64,000 bases of DNA from Bacteroidales bacterium UBA6248 (lineage in GTDB: Bacteria; Bacteroidota; Bacteroidia; Bacteroidales; Lentimicrobiaceae), in assembly GCA_002441345.1 (NCBI GenBank), contig DJVU01000081.1, forward strand, positions 11,886 through 75,885, read 5' to 3'. Position 1 is the stretch's first letter; each line of letters starts with the position of its first letter. The notes below the pieces were generated by a model. It saw nothing but the letters and a program-made list of their open reading frames with translations. It was not told where the DNA came from and ran no database searches. This document shows positions 48,498-57,123 of the stretch, in pieces. The position numbers and the translations under genes are program-made.

Positions 48498-49310
48498 ATG
48501 AAACCAAACTTCGCAATTTCCATCCTGTTGTTTCTGATCTGCAATACCGTACTTTCACAGGATCTGATTGTAAAAAAGAATAACGACCTGATTAAGTGTA
48601 AAATCCGTGAAATAGGGCTGGATGAGGTTAAGTATAACCTGCCCGAATATCCGGCCGATGTTTTGTTTTCGGCAGACAAGGACGATATTGCAAAGATCGT
48701 ATTTGAGAGCGGACAGGAGATGGAGTTTAAGAAGGCAATGACAGATCCTGAACGTTACAGAGAAAACCGGAAAAACGTCCTGAAAATCGAATTTCTCTCA
48801 CCACTTACAGGAAACACCACCTTTGCCTGGGAAAAAAGTCTGCGACCGGCCCGGAGCATAGAATCCACCATAGGCATCATAGGTCTGGGTATCGACAACG
48901 ATGACCGCAATGCCGGAGGGGTATTTGCAAAATTCGGATACAAGTTTATCAAAGATCCCGATTTCTACCTCAGGGGGATGCGATATGCCCACATATTAAA
49001 AGGAAGCTACATAAAACCCGAAATAGCCTTCTCTACTTTCCGCTACGACCGGTATTCGTGGAGGGATTATTACAATAACGTATCAGCAGAAAAGGAAAGA
49101 ACCGGCGTGGTTTCAGGCACCGTTCAGCTGGTACTTGGCAAACAGTGGATCATCGACAACGTTTTTGCAGTGGATATATACGCTGGTACCGGTTACGGAT
49201 TCTCAACGGATGACGATTACACCACCTACCAGTACGGATATTCGGTTATGGATGAGAGTTTCCCGCTTGCATTCTCCCTGGGATTCAAGATCGGATACCT
49301 TTTTAAATAA
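48498..49310 (+). CDS. Hypothetical outer-membrane protein (small N-terminal domain plus beta-barrel)
   Basis: Signal peptide; DLIVKK...IKCKIREIG...VKY domain; C-terminal GFKIGYLFK. Confidence 0.72.
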   Translation: MKPNFAISILLFLICNTVLSQDLIVKKNNDLIKCKIREIGLDEVKYNLPEYPADVLFSADKDDIAKIVFESGQEMEFKKAMTDPERYRENRKNVLKIEFLSPLTGNTTFAWEKSLRPARSIESTIGIIGLGIDNDDRNAGGVFAKFGYKFIKDPDFYLRGMRYAHILKGSYIKPEIAFSTFRYDRYSWRDYYNNVSAEKERTGVVSGTVQLVLGKQWIIDNVFAVDIYAGTGYGFSTDDDYTTYQYGYSVMDESFPLAFSLGFKIGYLFK

Positions 49311-49565
49311 TCCCTGACTATCGTCTCATCATAACTTAACAACTACAGGTCTATTGAATTGCAGGAGCATCCGGTAATCGCCACCTTCCGGGCGGCAATC
49401 GGGATCATAGCAGGGTACTGCACCTGGCTGTTGAACAATTAATTAATAATCAGATGGTTACAGACTAATTCTGAGTCGGAAGGATTTCCAGGGATTAAGC
49501 CGTCATTCACAGAACACGCTTCTGACGGCTGTGACTATAAAAATAACTATCTTTTTTCGGTACAT

Positions 49566-49605
49566 ACCCCCCCTTTCACGCTGTTGAAAAGGGGTTTTAT
49601 TTTTT
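49566..49605 (+). terminator. Intrinsic terminator inside the long intergenic region
   Basis: CCCCTTTCA-CGCTGT-TGAAAAGGGG followed by TTTTATTTTTT. Confidence 0.6.
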
Positions 49606-49921
49606 ATAATCTGCATCCTTATGTATGTACACCTTAATATAAACAGACATGCATGCTGTTTTTCTGAAAGTCTCACAGAAAATGGTGCAGAAGGCTTATT
49701 CCGGAAGTTCATCATAAAGGCTGAGAGCATACAACCAAAGGAAAACGGGAGCCGTGCTACGTGTTCAGCGTTTAATCATATATACGTATAAATATTGCTA
49801 ACTATTGAAATCCAGCTAAGTACATCCCGCCGTTACCCTTAACCTTGTTTAGATTAATTACAAACTACAGATTTTCAATAATTTGTTTTGCAAATTTTAT
49901 TGGAATTAATTTAATGTCCCC

Positions 49922-49929
49922 TATATTCG
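49922..49929 (+). promoter_or_regulatory. Probable -7 element of the ACIII-oxidase operon promoter
   Basis: TATATTCG, one mismatch to TAnnTTTG, with TTTG further upstream. Confidence 0.45.
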
Positions 49930-49972
49930 TAAATCGATTATTACCGGAGTCCGTACGATAAACAGTTAAAGT

Positions 49973-50128
49973 ATGAAGAAATTCTACGCTGTAGGCTATC
50001 GCAGGGTTGATGACGATTACATGTCAGCTTCTTCGGGAAGAGCAAAAGGTATTGCAGGCTGGAGCCCCATTGGTTCCGGCTTTTTTATTGCTCCGTTCCA
50101 ACTAATACAGAAACATTTTACAGCCTGA
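49973..50128 (+). CDS. Putative 51-aa leader ORF of the ACIII-oxidase operon (not in the ORF track)
   Basis: MKKFYAVGYRRVDDDYMSASSGRAKGIAGWSPIGSGFFIAPFQLIQKHFTA*; A-rich start context TAAAGT-ATG; ends 4 nt before actA. Confidence 0.45.
   Translation: MKKFYAVGYRRVDDDYMSASSGRAKGIAGWSPIGSGFFIAPFQLIQKHFTA
50058..50086 (+). terminator. Intrinsic terminator (attenuator) in the actA leader
   Basis: GCTGGAGCC-CCATT-GGTTCCGGC 9-bp stem with two GU pairs plus T6, 46 nt upstream of the actA ATG. Confidence 0.75.
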
Positions 50129-50132
50129 TAAT

Positions 50133-51575
50133 ATGAAGCACACAATCAGAAAAAAGGGGGTAATCCCGGGGATAATGCTGTTTTCGGTCCTGTTGTTTTT
50201 ACTGATGCCGGAGCAATTGCAGGCTCAGGATGGCAGGCAATTGTTTGAAAAGCATTGCACCATTTGTCATAAAATCGGCGAGGGCAAACTTGTGGGGCCT
50301 GATCTCAAGGACATTACGCAAAGGCGGGAGCGCGACTGGCTGGTGCGCTTTATCCGGAATTCAAAGGAGATGATTGATGCCGGCGATCCCCTTGCCGTGC
50401 AGGTTTTTGAAGAAAACAACAAAGTGCCTATGCAGGCATTTGACAATCTTTCGGGGGAGGAGATCAACAGCATTATCGATTATATTGAAAAGTGGGAGCC
50501 GGCAAAGCCTGTGGAATTTCAGGCGGATGTTACAAAACGGGATGGTTTCACCGAAAAAGAGATTATGCGGGGCGAACGTATGTTCTACGGACTGATTCCA
50601 TTTGAAAACGGAGGAACAACTGCATGCAACTCCTGCCACGTTACCACGAAAACCGATACCTTAAACTGGAATCCTTCCGCACACGAACTGGCGCACTCAT
50701 TTATGGAAGAAGGCGGAATGGACCTGTATGCTTCTCTGGCCGATCCCCAGTCGGCAGCCATGCAGAAAGCTCACGGCGAATATAAGCTGAGCGGTGAAGA
50801 GATGTATTACATCGCCGCGTATCTTTCTAATCTGGATCAGGAAACTCCCAGACCTTTCAAAACATTCCCGTCGCGATTCTTACTGTTTGTCGTTTTTGGC
50901 ATACTGATGACTTTAGCACTAATAGACCTGATATTCACAAGAATTATAAAATATCGGTTTATTCATGGAATCATCCTTTTAGTAGGTATCGCCATTCACT
51001 TCAACCTGGCAGTCACCGAAGCACAGAGCCTGAGCCGTACCAAAGATTACGCTCCCGATCAGCCCATCAAGTTTTCACACAGGATTCATGCGGGCGACAA
51101 CCAGACCGACTGCAGGTATTGCCATACGGTAGCCGACTACAGCAAATCGGCCGGTTTTCCGTCGAACGATGTTTGCCTAAACTGCCATAACGTAGTCAGG
51201 GAAGGCAGGAATTCAGGAAAATTTGAAATCAATAAAATTTTCAGAGCCGAAAATTCGGGAAAACCCATTGAATGGATACGCATTCACAACATGCAGGAGC
51301 ACGTTTTTTTCAGCCATGCACAGCATGTAAACGCCGGAAAAATAGAATGCGAAACCTGTCATGGCCCCGTTGCGGAGATGGATATCATGAAGCAGTTCTC
51401 CGACCTCTCTATGGGATGGTGCATCAATTGCCACCGCGACACCAGGGTCAATTTCAAGGACAACAATTACTACTCCACCTATATGAAACTGCACGACGAT
51501 CTGAAATCGGGAAGAATTGATTCGGTGACCGTTGAGCAGATCGGTGGTCTGGATTGCATGAAATGTCATTATTAG
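50133..51575 (+). CDS. actA: Alternative complex III multiheme cytochrome c subunit ActA (7 CxxCH)
   Basis: CTICH and CNSCH, two TM helices, then Y.PDQPIKFSHRIH with CRYCH, CLNCH, CETCH, CINCH, CMKCH. Confidence 0.93.
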   Translation: MKHTIRKKGVIPGIMLFSVLLFLLMPEQLQAQDGRQLFEKHCTICHKIGEGKLVGPDLKDITQRRERDWLVRFIRNSKEMIDAGDPLAVQVFEENNKVPMQAFDNLSGEEINSIIDYIEKWEPAKPVEFQADVTKRDGFTEKEIMRGERMFYGLIPFENGGTTACNSCHVTTKTDTLNWNPSAHELAHSFMEEGGMDLYASLADPQSAAMQKAHGEYKLSGEEMYYIAAYLSNLDQETPRPFKTFPSRFLLFVVFGILMTLALIDLIFTRIIKYRFIHGIILLVGIAIHFNLAVTEAQSLSRTKDYAPDQPIKFSHRIHAGDNQTDCRYCHTVADYSKSAGFPSNDVCLNCHNVVREGRNSGKFEINKIFRAENSGKPIEWIRIHNMQEHVFFSHAQHVNAGKIECETCHGPVAEMDIMKQFSDLSMGWCINCHRDTRVNFKDNNYYSTYMKLHDDLKSGRIDSVTVEQIGGLDCMKCHY

Positions 51576-51627
51576 TCGTTGATGCCGGACAAACGAACCG
51601 TATTAACAAACAAACAATTGCGGCTAA

Positions 51628-54579
51628 ATGGAAAAGAAATACTGGAAAAGCACAGAAGAGCTGAATAACCGGAAAGACAGCAACCGTAAGGCTGACGAGA
51701 TCCCAGACGGCAAAAGCCTGCTTGAAATTATTGATCAGGAGATAACCGGCAAACCCTCTTCGAGGCGGAATTTTCTGAAATTTTGCGGATTCAGTTTTGC
51801 TACTGCAGCCATCGCGAGCAGCTGCGAGAATCCGGTTAAAAAAGCCATTCCCTACCTCAACAAGCCCGAAGATGTAATCCCCGGAATGGCGAGTAATTAT
51901 GCTTCGACCTATTTCGACGGCGCCGAATACAGCAGCATTGTTGTTAAAGTCAGAGACGGAAGACCGATCAAAATTGAAGGCAATACCTTATCCGCCCTCA
52001 CCAGCGGCGGCAGCACCGCCAGAGTGCAGGCATCGGTTCTCGGATTGTACGACGGGCATGCACGCCTGAAACACCCTTCGAAAAAAGGACATGGCATCGA
52101 CTGGAAAATTCTGGATCAGGAAGTTTCGGACAAGCTGGAAAGCCTGAAGAATGCAGGCGAAACGCTTGTGCTCCTCACCTCCCCTGTTATCGGGCCATCC
52201 ACAAAGCAGCTGATTTCCGAATTCCTGGCCGCCTATCCGGGAAGCAAACACATTGTATATGAACCGGTTTCGTACAGCGGAATGCTGGAAGCCAACCTGG
52301 AGTCGTTCGGACAGCAGGTAATACCCAATTACCATTTCGGCAAAGCCGGGACTATAGTTTCGGTGGGTGCCGATTTTCTTGGCACCTGGTTGTCTCCGGA
52401 GACCTTTACGGCCGGATATGCCAGCCGGCGCAGCCTTACCGATGGCGAAAAATCCATTTCGTGGCATATGCAATACGAAGCCGGGCTTAGCATTACCGGC
52501 AGCCGGGCCGACAAAAGGGTAAGAATACGCCCTTCCGGATATGCGACTCTGCTAGCTGCGCTATACAATGAACTGGCAAGCAGATCGGGTGCTCCTTCAC
52601 TTCCGGATATTACGACACATGAAACGGTAGCCGAAACAGCCGAGCGCCTTTGGCAGAGCAAAGGCACATCCATCGTTGTATGCGGGTCAAACGACAAGGA
52701 CGAGCAGATCCTTGTAAATGCGATCAACCATTTGCTCGGGAATATCGGCCAGACCATCACCTTCGGGGATGCAATCCTGACGAAACAGGCCGTTGACCGT
52801 GAAATGGAAGAGCTTGCCGCGATGCTGGAGGAAGGAAAAGCCGGCGGACTAATCCTGTGGGGAGTGAACCCCGTTTACGATTACTATCGTCCGGAAGTCT
52901 TCACCAAAGGGCTTGAAAAGCTGAAGTTGTCCGTAATCCTGAATCACGCACAGGACGAGACCTATGGATTTACAGAATATTCGGTACCTGGCCATCATTA
53001 CCTGGAATCGTGGGGCGATGCGGAACCCTGCCGGGGATCGTACAGTCTGGCACAGCCTGTAATCAGGCCCGTATTCGATACACGTGCACCGCAGGAAAGC
53101 CTGCTGAAATGGATGGGCAGGGAGACTACCTGGTACGACTACCTCCGCGAGTACTGGGCATCCGAAATTATCGGCAGCGGCGAAAACACCTGGAATAAGG
53201 TGCTGCGCGAGGGCGTTTATCAAAAGGAACAAAATTCTGTAGCACCATCCTTTAATACAGCTGCATTAACATCTTTGGCAGGACGGATTAAAGGAGACGG
53301 CAGCGGTGAAGGTATAGAGATAGTGATGTATCAGAACATCGCCATGGGGCAGGGTCATCATGCCAACAACCCCTGGCTGATGGAGCTTCCGGATCCCGTT
53401 TCGAAGGTATGCTGGGATAATTTTGCCGCGGTTTCTCCAAAAACAGCTTCGGAGCTGGGATTATCGAAGGGCAGGATGGTATCGGTAAACGGACTTGAAA
53501 TTCCGGTGCTGATACAGCCCGGGCAGGCCGACGATACCCTGTCGGTTGCACTGGGATACGGCCATACCGGTTTCGGAAAAGTGGCCGACGGAGTGGGCGT
53601 GAATGTCTTCCCGCTTGCCGTGTACAGAGATGGAAGCAGAAAATATTCGCTGCCGGGTGCAGAGGTTTCAGCTCTTGCCAGGACGTATGAACTTGCATCC
53701 ACGCAGATGCATCACAGCATGGAAGGCCGGCCCATTGTCAGGGAAACCACACTGAAATCGTACCTCGAAAAACCCGATTCGGGCAACGAGATGCACGAAG
53801 AATTTGAAAAGAAACACGTAACCCTTTATAAGGAAATTGAATTTAAGGGGCATCACTGGGGAATGGCTGTTGACCTGAATAAATGTACCGGCTGCAGCAC
53901 CTGTGTGATAGCCTGTCAGGCCGAAAACAACATTCCGGTTGTGGGCAGGGCCGAGGTGATGAAATACAGAATTATGCAATGGATGCGTATCGATCGTTAT
54001 TACAGCGGCGATGAAAACGAGCCTGGCGTGGTATTTCAGCCGGTGATGTGCCAGCACTGCGACAATGCTCCATGCGAGAACGTATGTCCGGTATCGGCAA
54101 CCAATCACAGCAGCGAGGGGCTGAACCAAATGTCGTACAACCGGTGTGTGGGTACCAAATACTGCATCAACAACTGTCCGTATAAAGTAAGGCGTTTCAA
54201 CTGGTTCAGATACGTCACCAACGAAAAGTTCGACTACAACATGAATTCCGACCTGGGGCGTATGGTGCTGAATCCGGATGTTACAGTACGTGAGCGCGGG
54301 GTTGTGGAGAAATGTTCGTTCTGCATACAGCGCATTCAGGAGAAAAAGCTGCTGGCGAAAAACGAAAACCGTCCGTTGCGCGACGGCGAGATCAAGCCGG
54401 CCTGTATGCAGGCATGCCCTTCAGGAGCCATTGTTTTCGGCGATCTGAACGATCCGGAAAGCACGATCTCTAAGTATTTTGCCGATCCCAGAAATTATCA
54501 TCTGCTGGAGGAGCTTCATACACTGCCCTCGGTAGGATATCTGACACTTGTACGCAACCGCGAAGAAGAGCAGTCATAA
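51628..54579 (+). CDS. actB: ACIII subunit ActB (molybdopterin oxidoreductase-like domain plus Fe-S domain)
   Basis: KKYWKS; Tat motif SRRNFLK; lipobox ASSC; GRPIKIEGN; CTGCSTCVIAC; CQHCDNAPCENVCP; CVGTKYCINNCP; CSFC. Confidence 0.95.
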   Translation: MEKKYWKSTEELNNRKDSNRKADEIPDGKSLLEIIDQEITGKPSSRRNFLKFCGFSFATAAIASSCENPVKKAIPYLNKPEDVIPGMASNYASTYFDGAEYSSIVVKVRDGRPIKIEGNTLSALTSGGSTARVQASVLGLYDGHARLKHPSKKGHGIDWKILDQEVSDKLESLKNAGETLVLLTSPVIGPSTKQLISEFLAAYPGSKHIVYEPVSYSGMLEANLESFGQQVIPNYHFGKAGTIVSVGADFLGTWLSPETFTAGYASRRSLTDGEKSISWHMQYEAGLSITGSRADKRVRIRPSGYATLLAALYNELASRSGAPSLPDITTHETVAETAERLWQSKGTSIVVCGSNDKDEQILVNAINHLLGNIGQTITFGDAILTKQAVDREMEELAAMLEEGKAGGLILWGVNPVYDYYRPEVFTKGLEKLKLSVILNHAQDETYGFTEYSVPGHHYLESWGDAEPCRGSYSLAQPVIRPVFDTRAPQESLLKWMGRETTWYDYLREYWASEIIGSGENTWNKVLREGVYQKEQNSVAPSFNTAALTSLAGRIKGDGSGEGIEIVMYQNIAMGQGHHANNPWLMELPDPVSKVCWDNFAAVSPKTASELGLSKGRMVSVNGLEIPVLIQPGQADDTLSVALGYGHTGFGKVADGVGVNVFPLAVYRDGSRKYSLPGAEVSALARTYELASTQMHHSMEGRPIVRETTLKSYLEKPDSGNEMHEEFEKKHVTLYKEIEFKGHHWGMAVDLNKCTGCSTCVIACQAENNIPVVGRAEVMKYRIMQWMRIDRYYSGDENEPGVVFQPVMCQHCDNAPCENVCPVSATNHSSEGLNQMSYNRCVGTKYCINNCPYKVRRFNWFRYVTNEKFDYNMNSDLGRMVLNPDVTVRERGVVEKCSFCIQRIQEKKLLAKNENRPLRDGEIKPACMQACPSGAIVFGDLNDPESTISKYFADPRNYHLLEELHTLPSVGYLTLVRNREEEQS

Positions 54580-54621
54580 GCAACACACTGAAAAACAGAG
54601 AATATAATAACACGGTAAATT

Positions 54622-56010
54622 ATGTATAAAACAGAAGTCAGAGGTCCGTTGATTCTGGGCGACAAAAACTACCGCCAGATCAGCAGCGATATCATCGCCC
54701 CTATCGACCGTCCGGCACCATTATGGTGGAAAGGCGTTTTCGGCCTGGGCATACTGGCAACCCTGTTCGGGCTGTTTGCCATGTACCAGACCGTTGCGAA
54801 GGGTATAGGCACCTGGGGGGTTAACAATTCGGTAGGCTGGGGATGGGAGATCATCAACTTTGTTTGGTGGATCGGTATCGGTCATGCCGGTACGGCTTTC
54901 TCCATCTTCCTGCTTATACTGAGGCAAAAATGGAGAACATCCATTAACCGCGCGGCAGAAGCAATGACAGTAGTGGCAGTTGGTGCCGCGGCAATATTTC
55001 CTGCTCTTCACATGGGGCGCGTATGGCTGGCCTTTTATATATTCCCCTATCCCAACACGCGCGGACCACTCTGGGTGAATTTTAACTCACCCCTGTTCTG
55101 GGACTTTATAGCCATTTCGGCATACCTGCTGATATCGGCTTCGTTCTGGTATTACGGAATGGTTCCCGACTTTGCCACGATACGCGACAAAGCTACCTCC
55201 AAAATCAAAAAAGCCGTATACGGATTCTTTGCATTCGGCTGGACAGGTTCCACTTCCGAGTGGCTGCGCTATGAAGCTCTGAGTTATGTTCTTGGTGGCA
55301 TTGCTGCGGTACTGGTTGTTTCGGTACACTCCATCGTTTCCACCGACTTTGCCGTATCTGTGATACCCGGATGGCATACTACCGTTTTCCCGCCTTACTT
55401 CGTGGTTGGAGCTATATTCTCAGGTTTTGCCATGGTAATGACCCTGATGATCATCATCCGCAAGATGTACAAATTTCAGGATTATGTTACGAACTCACAT
55501 CTCGATGCCATAGCCAGAATCCTGATTTTTATCTCCCTTATAATGGGAACGGCCTATGCCACCGAAATATTCATTGCGTGGTATTCGGGCAGTCAGTACG
55601 AGATGTTCACATTCTTCAAAAACCGGATTACTGGCGATTACACCTTCCAGTTCTGGGCCATGGTGGTATGCAATGCCATCATCCCACAATTGTTCTGGTT
55701 TAAAAAAATCCGGCAAAACCTTACCATTGCCTTTATTATCTCTCTTCTTATCAACCTTGGAATGTGGTACGAGCGTTTCAACATTCTCATCACCTCCCTT
55801 TCAAAGGACTACCTGCCCTCAAGCTGGGTGACCTATCATCCCACCTGGGTTGAAGTTGGAGTATATATTGGCACTCTTGGAATCTTTATTACCGGTGTGC
55901 TTCTGTTCTTCAAGTTCATACCCATGATCGCCATCAGCGAGGTGAAGAGCATCCTGAAAGTTACCAGTATCAAGAAGAACGAATCAAAAAATTCAAGCCA
56001 TGGACAATAA
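54622..56010 (+). CDS. actC: ACIII quinol-oxidising subunit ActC (NrfD family)
   Basis: NFVWWIGIGHAGT; WRTSINRAAE; HMGR; NFNSPLFWD; SVHSIVSTDF; PGWH. Confidence 0.95.
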   Translation: MYKTEVRGPLILGDKNYRQISSDIIAPIDRPAPLWWKGVFGLGILATLFGLFAMYQTVAKGIGTWGVNNSVGWGWEIINFVWWIGIGHAGTAFSIFLLILRQKWRTSINRAAEAMTVVAVGAAAIFPALHMGRVWLAFYIFPYPNTRGPLWVNFNSPLFWDFIAISAYLLISASFWYYGMVPDFATIRDKATSKIKKAVYGFFAFGWTGSTSEWLRYEALSYVLGGIAAVLVVSVHSIVSTDFAVSVIPGWHTTVFPPYFVVGAIFSGFAMVMTLMIIIRKMYKFQDYVTNSHLDAIARILIFISLIMGTAYATEIFIAWYSGSQYEMFTFFKNRITGDYTFQFWAMVVCNAIIPQLFWFKKIRQNLTIAFIISLLINLGMWYERFNILITSLSKDYLPSSWVTYHPTWVEVGVYIGTLGIFITGVLLFFKFIPMIAISEVKSILKVTSIKKNESKNSSHGQ

Positions 56011-56527
56011 GCATATCATAGGCGTTTTCGATGAAGAAGACGCCCTGATGGAGGCGGTGCACGAAGTAAAAGAAAAGGGTTTCCGGATCGGCGAAATCTA
56101 CAGTCCGTATCCTCTGCACGAGGCCATAGAAGCCATGGGAAAAACCTCCCGTTTTGCCTTTGTCGCCTTTCTTTACGGATTTGCCGGGGCTGCCGCGGTG
56201 CTTGCATTCATGTATTACACGGCTGTTATCGACTGGCCGGTCAACTACGGGGGCAAGCCCACCAATGCGTTTCCGTCGTTCATCGTTGTTACCATTATAA
56301 TCACCATTCTTACGGTAACAATTCTCAGTCTGCTTACCTTCTCGGTGCGGGCAAAGATCTATCCCGGCAAGGCTTACATACTGCCCGATGCCCGTTCCAC
56401 CGACGATAAGTTTGTCGTGATTTTCGACAAATCGCTGCTCAACGGAAAGCAAACCGAGCTGGAGGGCATTCTGAAGGGGAAGGGCGCGGTGGAAGTTTAT
56501 GAAAAAGAGTTAAAACCTGAAAACTAA
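56000..56527 (+). CDS. actD: ACIII subunit ActD (DUF3341)
   Basis: YSPYPLH; DWPVNYGGKP; two TM helices; D.R.TDDKF. Confidence 0.92.
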   Translation: MDNKHIIGVFDEEDALMEAVHEVKEKGFRIGEIYSPYPLHEAIEAMGKTSRFAFVAFLYGFAGAAAVLAFMYYTAVIDWPVNYGGKPTNAFPSFIVVTIIITILTVTILSLLTFSVRAKIYPGKAYILPDARSTDDKFVVIFDKSLLNGKQTELEGILKGKGAVEVYEKELKPEN

Positions 56528-56534
56528 GCAGCAG

Positions 56535-57113
56535 ATGATACATAAACGAATAATCCGGTTTTTGCCGGCGGTGCTTTGCCTGCTGATGATAACAACGTCA
56601 TGCGACCGGACGCGGAACGACAAGGGGTACGAATACTTCCCCGATATGGCACATTCGCTGGCATATGAATCCTACACTGAAAATCCGAACTTTCCCGATG
56701 GCAATACCATGCGCATTCCGCCTGAAAACACCGTTTCGCGGGAGATAGAGGTTCATCCTTACCCGGCAAGCCCGGAGGGAAGAGCAGAAGCCGCCGCCAC
56801 TCTTAGCAATCCGCTGGAGGCTACGGCAGAATTCATCGCGGAAGGGGAAAGGCAGTACAACATCTTTTGTTCGGGCTGCCACGGCACTTCGGGCGACGGG
56901 GAAGGCCATCTGTACACCAGCAAGCGTTATGCGGTAAAACCGGCATCCCTGATTTCGGAGAAGATGATGGCAGCACCGGAAGGCGATATTTATCATGTGA
57001 TATCGGCCGGCTATCAGGTAATGGGAGCACACGGACATATGATACGGCCGGCTGAGCGGTGGAAAATTGCCATGTTTGTAAAACGAGAACTTCAAGGAAA
57101 CACCTTTAAATAG
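56535..57113 (+). CDS. actE: ACIII monoheme cytochrome c lipoprotein ActE
   Basis: Lipobox TTSC; EYFPDM; CSGCHG; IYHVI; M.....RW. Confidence 0.92.
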   Translation: MIHKRIIRFLPAVLCLLMITTSCDRTRNDKGYEYFPDMAHSLAYESYTENPNFPDGNTMRIPPENTVSREIEVHPYPASPEGRAEAAATLSNPLEATAEFIAEGERQYNIFCSGCHGTSGDGEGHLYTSKRYAVKPASLISEKMMAAPEGDIYHVISAGYQVMGAHGHMIRPAERWKIAMFVKRELQGNTFK

Positions 57114-57123
57114 AGGAGCTGCG

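Noticed and set aside
49930-50090. Known riboswitch classes (TPP, cobalamin, FMN, SAM, fluoride, Mn)
   Set aside because: I could not find their core signature sequences by eye; an Rfam scan is needed to be certain
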